Below the pieces are notes generated by a model. The model was given only the letters and a program-made list of their open reading frames with translations. It ran no database searches and was not told the origin of the DNA. A program made the position numbers and the translations under genes. Below, in pieces: positions 54,625 to 64,000 of a DNA stretch of 64,000 bases (its first letter is position 1; the number at the start of each line of letters is the position of its first letter). Origin of the DNA: Eledone cirrhosa (taxonomy: Eukaryota); assembly GCA_964016885.1 (NCBI GenBank), contig OZ024741.1, forward strand, positions 34,844,001 to 34,908,000, given 5' to 3'.

Positions 54625-55225
54625 ACCCGAGCATTATAATAAATGTTTGCAAACAAACAAACCGAACATTATAATAAATGTTCGGTAAATCGATACATGC
54701 ATATATATATATATATACATACTACTGTACGTCTGTATACATATATGTATGTACGTATACATACATACATACTTACATTTAAGTAACAGCCGTACTAAGA
54801 GTGAGAAATGAAATTTCGTTTCATTCTATTCCATTTATCGTTTTCGGTGCGCGCAGCCGACGAAACTCACTCGATATGCAAATTAGGCTGCTCAGCCGTT
54901 AATATGCATAAGGAAAGTATATACTTTCAGACGTTCAACCATCTGGCAGGAAGGTATACGATGCTGATGATAGCTAATAAGCTTGAAACTAGTACATCGT
55001 CCCTGTGTCAGTGTTGAACAAAAAGGTGGTGTGGTTGCCTAAATACTGTACGGCGTAATTCGGGCTGTTTGTTTACAAACAAACAAATCGAGCATTATAA
55101 TGAATGTTCGGTAAACCGATACGTGCATATATATATGTGTGCATGTATGTATATATATACATACTACTGTACGTCTGTATACATATATGTATGTACGTAT
55201 ACATACATACATACTTACATTTAAA
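54625..55225 (+). mobile_element. hammerhead-containing ~426-bp unit, ~1.4 tandem copies (retrozyme / pseudo-LTR-like)
   Basis: aatgttcggtaa at 54677 recurs at 55103 and the unit start is repeated; homologous to 13052-13484. Confidence 0.78.
54958..55000 (+). ncRNA. minimal type-I hammerhead ribozyme (family A, best copy)
   Basis: acgatg-CTGATGA-t-agct-aata-agct-t-GAAA-CTAGTA-catcgt; perfect 6-bp stem I. Confidence 0.85.
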
Positions 55226-55264
55226 TATATATACACATATATATATATATACATATATATACAC

Positions 55265-55295
<31 letters not shown>

Positions 55296-55549
55296 CATAT
55301 ATATATATACATATATAGGAACGAGTAGGACCCCGACGGCTGAGCTCAAGCCGTTTCGACGGCTAATTCTACACTAACCCCCCCCCTCCCCCTTTTAATT
55401 TTTTTTTTAAAGTCCAGAATTAGCCGTCGAAACGGCTTGAGTTCAGCCGTCGGGGTCCTACTCGTTCCTATTACCCACTCTACTACCCTAAGCATTGAGT
55501 ACTTTGGTGCGTTATGGTCCACCTGGTTCCTTACCACATTTCCTCCGTT

Positions 55550-57423
<1,874 letters not shown>

Positions 57424-57675
57424 ATATATATACATATATATAATTACATATATATATATATATATACATATATATAATTACATATATATATATATACATA
57501 TATATAATTACATATATATACATATATATATATACATATATATAATTACATATATATATATATATACATATATATAATTACATATATATATATATACATA
57601 TATATAATTACACATATATATATATATACATATATATATATACATATATATATATACATATATATACAAATATAT

Positions 57676-57736
<61 letters not shown>

Positions 57737-57759
57737 TACATATATATATACATATATAC

Positions 57760-57791
<32 letters not shown>

Positions 57792-57815
57792 ACATATATA
57801 TATATACATATATGT

Positions 57816-60800
57816 AGGAGGTGAGTTTTATTGTAGTACAATAAAGCAATGCAGATATCGGATAAGAAGCACTCTACAGTTTGTAGGACTGGAGTATACA
57901 TAATATATAAGATCAAAAGATGGTTAAATGAGTTCTATGTATTTTATTATGCGCATTTCAAAAACAAATATCATCATGCAATAACATTTGTGTTTTCATC
58001 AGATAAAATAGGAGGACATGATATGTATGAAGGTTAAAAACACTTGTGAATAGTGCAGTTTTAAATCAACATATGAAAAGTAGTTTTAGATTGATGTGTG
58101 ATATTGGGGAAAACATTTTTTTGAGGGCGGGGTGGGGTGGAAAGGATGAAAAAGAGGAGGAGATGAGAGTAAAAAGTGGAGGGGGAGGAGTATAATGAGG
58201 AAGGATGAGATAGGAGGAGAGATGGGTGATAGAGAGAGAGAGATAGCTTTTATAACTGAGAAAAATATATTGTTTTACATAGAGAGGTTGAAAAAACCGT
58301 TGGAAGATAATGTATAAATTAAAAGAATTTGAAAATTAACGAAGAGAAAAATAATATAAAGTTAAGGTTTGTATATTGAAGGGTTTAATAATATGTGCAA
58401 TGAAAAGAAATTGTTAATATGTATTAAGAATAATATTTAAGGGTTTAATAATATGTGCGATGGAAAGAAAATGTTAATATGTATTAAGAATAATATTTAA
58501 GGGTTTAATAATATGTGCGATGGAAAGAAAATGTTGATATGTATTATTAAAAAAACAAAAGTAATGTAAGTAAGGATATATTGTGAGATGAGCATGAATA
58601 AGTTAGATGAAAGTGAGAAAAAATAATGAATAGAGGATGAATAATCTAACGTCAAAAAAAATGTATATGTTTACGAAGGATTTTTTCAAGGTGATATAAA
58701 GTAAGAATATAGTGTATTGTGTAATAATTGTTTCTATGTTAGGCACAGTGAGAAAAGGTACAGATTAGGGGTTAGAAATTAAAAGAAAAAGAAAAGAAAA
58801 GGAAAAGGAAGAAAGGGAAGTGATGAATAGGAGTGATATAGAATATAATAAATAACTTTGAAATAAGGTAGAAAGATGGGTATATTTTTAAAGAAGTATA
58901 TATATATATATGTGCCTTTGAGGAAAGGATTCTGAATTGATAAAGTTTAGGATATTAGCTGTATACTTTATGGAAAGTTCTGTGGAATTTATGCAAGCAG
59001 ATAGAAAACAAGTCAGTGCGTCTATTTATTATAGAATCTAAATTAGATATAATGGTAAATTTTTCATTTAGACAGAGATTGCAAGTCTTGGATAGAGAAC
59101 TGTTGAAGTATGGAGAAGCAGAAGAAACCTTTTTCCAAGAGATGTTATAATTAATATTTTTGTCTTTCGAGGACCATATGAGTTCTGAGAGAGAGCCGTG
59201 TTGGTTCTTTTAAGTTTATATTTAAAAGACGAATGATGATTATAAAGACGAGCTTTAAAGGAGGTGGAAGTAGAGCCAAAATAGGTGAAGGAATTGGTGT
59301 CAGTTATAACTTTACATTCGTAAATTAAGTTTTTATCAAGACAATGGTTGTTGAGAGGACATTTAGTTTTAGCAGGGCAATTGCAATTGCGATTAGAGAG
59401 ATTATTAACGAGTGACCTAGTGTTATCTATAGAAGGAATTGGATTGGAGAAGTTATTTGCGATAGGAATAATAGTTTCTTGATTTAGAATGGGATTAAGA
59501 ACATTTAGCGAAGTTGTGTTTGACGTTGTATTTGGGTTTGCAGAAATTAGCCTAGGGTTTACAATGACGTCGGGAGTACTATTACTATTATTATGATATT
59601 CAGTGTTGGAAGGAAGAGATTTAGTATTTAGTATTTTATTGTTGTGTTTAGAGATAATGTTGGAAATGTTGGAGGAAGTCGAATAGGAAAATTTTATAGT
59701 GTTTGTTAAATATTTTACTATAGATATGTGAGGGAGGGAAGCATTTATTTAAGGCACTAAAGAATAATTTAGGAATATTATTATTAATAGAGATGGGGAA
59801 AGGAGCATTATACCAGATTATGTTTTTGTATCTAGGTCTTTTATTAAAGTTATTGGAATGATCTTGATTAATTATTCTACTGTAAGATCTTCTAGAATTT
59901 GTTTCTATATTATATTTGATTTTATCAGGATAGCCGGCTTTAGAAAGCGTGTTATTATAGTAATTGGCGTTAGCATCGAAGATGTTTTTATTAGAAGATA
60001 GGTTAGATATTCTTTTTCCAATATTACTAACTATAGCATTCTTAATATTAGTAGGGTGGTTAGATTTAAAATTAACATAATTTAGGTTCTCATTGTTTTT
60101 ATGGTAAGGGTAATATAGGCCAGTGTCGAGATTAAGAGATACATCCAAGAAATTAGCTAGTTTGATGCTGTTATCAAATTCAATTTTTAGGTTATGTTGG
60201 TTAAAGAGATTACGTATATTGTTCTTAATAATATTAAGGTTAACTATGTTGTAATTTAAGATAGTAAAGAGTCCATCGTCACGATAAATTCCACTGCGAA
60301 GTTGAGGAATTTTCCGACTCAAAGAGTTCAAAATAAAGATACCAATTAAATCTGTCAATTGGGATGAATCGGATGCTCCCATTGTGATGTCAAAGTTGTT
60401 AGAGGTATCAGCTCTGGTCCAATATTCATTGTTGAACTCAAGGATGGTTTTACGTGCGGTGAGAATGATGTGAAGTTCATCTGTGGTGATGTCAGAATAT
60501 TTAAATGCGAAAGATAGAGCATTGTTGAGAAGTGAAGGCGAAATAGAAGAATAGTAGCTGGTCCTTGAAAGACAAAAATATTAACTCATATGGTCCTTGA
60601 AAGACAAAAATATTAAATATAACATCTCTTGGAAAAAGGTTTCTTCTGCTTCTCCATACTTCAACAGTTCTCTATCCAAGACTTGCAATCTCTGTCTAAA
60701 TGAAAAATTTACCATTATATCTAATTTAGATTCTATAATAAATAGACGCACTGACTTGTTTTCTCACTGCTTGCATAAATTCCACAGAACATTCCATAAA

Positions 60801-61848
60801 GTATACAGCTAATATCCTAAACTTTATCAATTCAGAATCCTTTCCTCAAAGGCACATATATATATATATATATATATATATACTTCTTTAAAAATATACC
60901 CATCTTTCTACCTTATTTCAAAGTTATTTATTATATTCTATATCACTCCTATTCATCACTTCCCTTTCTTCCTTTTCCTTTTCTTTTCTTTTTCTTTTAA
61001 TTTCTAACCTCTAATCTGTACCTTTTCTCACTGTGCCTAACATAGAAACAATTATTATACAATACACTATATTCTTACTTTATATCACCTTGAAAAAATC
61101 CTTCGTAAACATATACATTTTTTTTGACGTTAGATTATTCATCCTCTATTCATTATTTTTTCTCACTTTCATCTAACTTATTCATGCTCATCTCACAATA
61201 TATCCTTACTTACATTACTTTTGTTTTTTTAATAATACATATCAACATTTTCTTTCCATCGCACATATTATTAAACCCTTAAATATTATTCTTAATACAT
61301 ATTAACATTTTCTTTCCATTGCACATATTATTAAACCCTTAAATATTATTCTTAATACATATTAACAATTTCTTTTCATTGCACATATTATTAAACCCTT
61401 CAATATACAAACCTTAACTTTATATTATTTTTCTCTTCGTTAATTTTCAAATTCTTTTAATTTATACATTATCTTCCAACGGTTTTTTCAACCTCTCTAT
61501 GTAAAACAATATATTTTTCTCAGTTATAAAAGCTATCTCTCTCTCTCATCCTTCCTCATTATACTCCTCCCCCTCCACTTTTTACTCTCATCTCCTCCTC
61601 TTTTTCATCCTTTCCACCCCACCCCGCCCTCAAAAAAATGTTTTCCCCAATATCACACATCAATCTAAAACTACTTTTCATATGTTGATTTAAAACTGCA
61701 CTATCCACAAGTGTTTTTAACCTTCATATCATGTCCTCCTATTTTATCTGATGAAAACACAAATGTTATTGCATGATGATATTTGTTTTTGAAATGCGCA
61801 TAATAAAATACATGGAACTCATTTAACCATCTTTTGATCTTATATATT
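57816..61848 (-). mobile_element. Penelope-like element (RT + GIY-YIG, frameshifted) with a ~1.27-kb inverted copy of its 3' end
   Basis: RT FDITMGASDS...GIYRDDGL...NFLDV (ORF 59648-60382); endonuclease CNC..KCPL...C..KNLIYECKV...YFGST down to the stop at 58955. 60584-61848 is the reverse complement of 57899-59185. Confidence 0.92.
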
Positions 61849-61896
61849 ATACATATATATATATACATATATATATACATATATACATATATATAC

Positions 61897-61937
<41 letters not shown>

Positions 61938-61989
61938 TATACATTTATATATATATATATACATATATATACATATATATATATACATT

Positions 61990-62375
61990 ATATGCAAGAG
62001 GAACAAGAAAATGCACGCTCTGCATAAATGAAAAATATTAGATCTTGCAAAATCTTAAATCACCAAAGACCTGCCTGAACACAAAGACGGAAATTTTCAC
62101 CAGTTGCCCACACATGAAATCACACCTGCTTTCCAGCTCATATAAACTTAACACACTTTCAGATACTTATCCTCCATAAACTCTTATTATTCTCTTTATA
62201 ATTACCCTTTCTGATTTACTTTCATTTTTATCCTTATTATTAATTTCATTTATTTTTATTTTTATATATTTTTTTATTTTTACTTCACATCCACCAATAA
62301 CCCCCTCCCCTTTATTCTCCGATTCACTTACCTAATATCTTCACTTTCCCTTTTTTACTTCCCTATTTGCTTCAC
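61990..62375 (+). mobile_element. PLE 3' fragment (GIY-YIG C-terminus and 3'UTR)
   Basis: [16 protein letters not shown]...LNTKTEIFTSCPH resembles the C.LCLNEK...IN.RT.LFS.C.H ends of the other PLEs. Confidence 0.65.
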
Positions 62376-63192
62376 TAACTGTGGCTGTGACCTCTTCAGG
62401 CAGTTTGAATTAGTATGGTATAGACAAGTACAGGCAGTTTGAATTAGTATGGTATAGACAAGTACATATGTTGTTTAGGTGTATATTATTGTCAATACTC
62501 TGATATGCCCAGTTCCTTGTTGGGTTGTTAATTCACTGAGGAACTGGAGTCATATGAATTCAAACAAACGAATTTCAGTGTCAAAGGTCCCCTTCTCCTC
62601 TCATTGGTCAGTTATTAGAACATTCCTCATTCTAAGTGTTGTTATTGTTGGAGTTAGCTTAAAAATTGATAAAATAGTAGAAGGGACAAGGTGTTAAAGG
62701 AACAAAATAACAAAAAAAGTGTCAAACTTCCCATTGGTCAGTTCAGAAAGCATTCCTCAGTCAGAAGTCTATAGAATTCTTTCTGGGGTGAGGCTCCCTG
62801 TAGTGTTTTTGCCTGCTATTGTTCAGTACATTTGACCTCCACCATTATTTTGGTACTATTGTTGGTGTAGTGGTCAGCTTATATCTTGCTGCTGCTAACA
62901 ATTTAGCAGTATCCAGTTTGTGTTTTTTTTTCCTTCATCCCTCCCGCCACCATCGTAGTGGTGGTGGTGGTGGGGGGGGGGGGGTTCTTCCATGTATATG
63001 AAGAAATATAAGGCAATAAATGAAGAAAACAGAAAATAAATAAATAATATAATAAAATAACCACCCCACAATATAAATAAATAATATAATAAAACAACCA
63101 CCCCACAAATCCGGGCCGCGAAGATAACAAAAAGTATAGAGCCCAAAAGGGAAGCAACAGTGCGGAAACCACCAGCAACCCAACAAATCTCC

Positions 63193-64000
63193 AACAAATC
63201 ACGAAGCCCCCGACCCACACATATAGGAGGAGACACCGACAAATCACGTGGTACAACCCACCCTACTCAGCGGCCCTAAAGAAAAGCTTGGCCCGATTAT
63301 TCTTTGGAGCACTTGACAAATGCTTCCCGAGGGACCACAGATACCACAGGATCTTCAACAGACACACTGTGAAGCTTTCGTATTCCACCACGAGAAATTT
63401 GGCCCAACACATAGCTAGCATCAACAGAAGTAGGCTTAAAAACCACACACAACCAGAAGATGGCAATACAAACACTCAGCAGAACCATGTGAAAGGAGGG
63501 AAGGGGGGACCCAGAGCCCACCCAAGAAACACAAACAGACCCAAGGACCCCCCACCGAGCATGGGGGAGGACCAACATGTAACACATAATGAGAACCCTA
63601 ATCTAGGCAGGCAGAGGCCGACCACCCTCTGCAACTGCAGAAACCCCGAATCATGCCCCCTTGGTAATGAATGTCTCAAGAAGAACCTAGTGTACGGTTG
63701 TAGGGTTAAAACCCCCAACACCGAACACCTCTACATGGGAGCCACATCAACGAGTTTTAAGGACCGCTGGTACAACCATCGCCATTCATTCAAGAAGGAG
63801 GCCAAAAGGAAAAGCACAGCTCTCTCTGACCTGATCTGGAAGCTTAAGCTGGACAGGACCCCATACTCTCTGGCCTGGTACATAATCAGGAAAGTACCAC
63901 CCGATAAAGGGGGATCTTGCATATGCAAACTATGCCTGAACGAGACCATCGAGATACTAAGAGGTGGAAGCGGCCTGATAAACCTCAGAACCGACTTCTT
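63193..64000 (+). mobile_element. Penelope-like element, RT C-terminal region and GIY-YIG, frame open to the window end
   Basis: RQITWYNPPYS...DKCFP..HRYHRIFNRHTVKLSYS...CNCRNPESCPLGNECLKKNLVYGCRV...YMGATSTSFKDRWYNH...CKLCLNE; absent from the ORF track because there is no stop within the window. Confidence 0.9.

Noticed and set aside
62376-62470. Minus-strand CTGAAGA next to a ~34-bp direct repeat
   Set aside because: No GAAA or stem III follows; at most a truncated remnant.

Overview
Eukaryotic, AT-rich, repeat-saturated animal genomic DNA. The SINE and LINE types resemble those of octopus/coleoid cephalopods, but that taxonomic call is an inference. One host gene is visible: the last five coding exons of an ADAMTS6/10-like metalloprotease on the minus strand (39002-38873, 35700-35487, 34329-34150, 30818-30656, 26036-25912). 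They encode TSP1 repeats and a PLAC domain, have canonical AG/GT sites with matching phases, and are largely missed by the ORF track. I found no further upstream exon, so 39003-64000 appears to be intron. The rest is mobile DNA: two subfamilies of RTE-clade LINEs whose reverse transcriptase carries an inserted C4HC3 (PHD-type) finger, a CR1-like LINE, a CRE-like RT fragment, several Penelope-like elements (PLEs, GIY-YIG) with inverted pseudo-LTRs, tRNA-derived SINEs, TTAA-flanked MITEs, a non-autonomous Helitron and long (TA)n arrays. The main hidden signal is eight minimal type-I hammerhead ribozyme motifs of four sequence families, plus one half motif. They include a U3-A8 core variant and a non-coding ~425-bp tandem unit carrying a hammerhead, which looks like a non-LTR retrozyme (circular-RNA retroelement). 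A 200-N assembly gap lies at 22248-22447.
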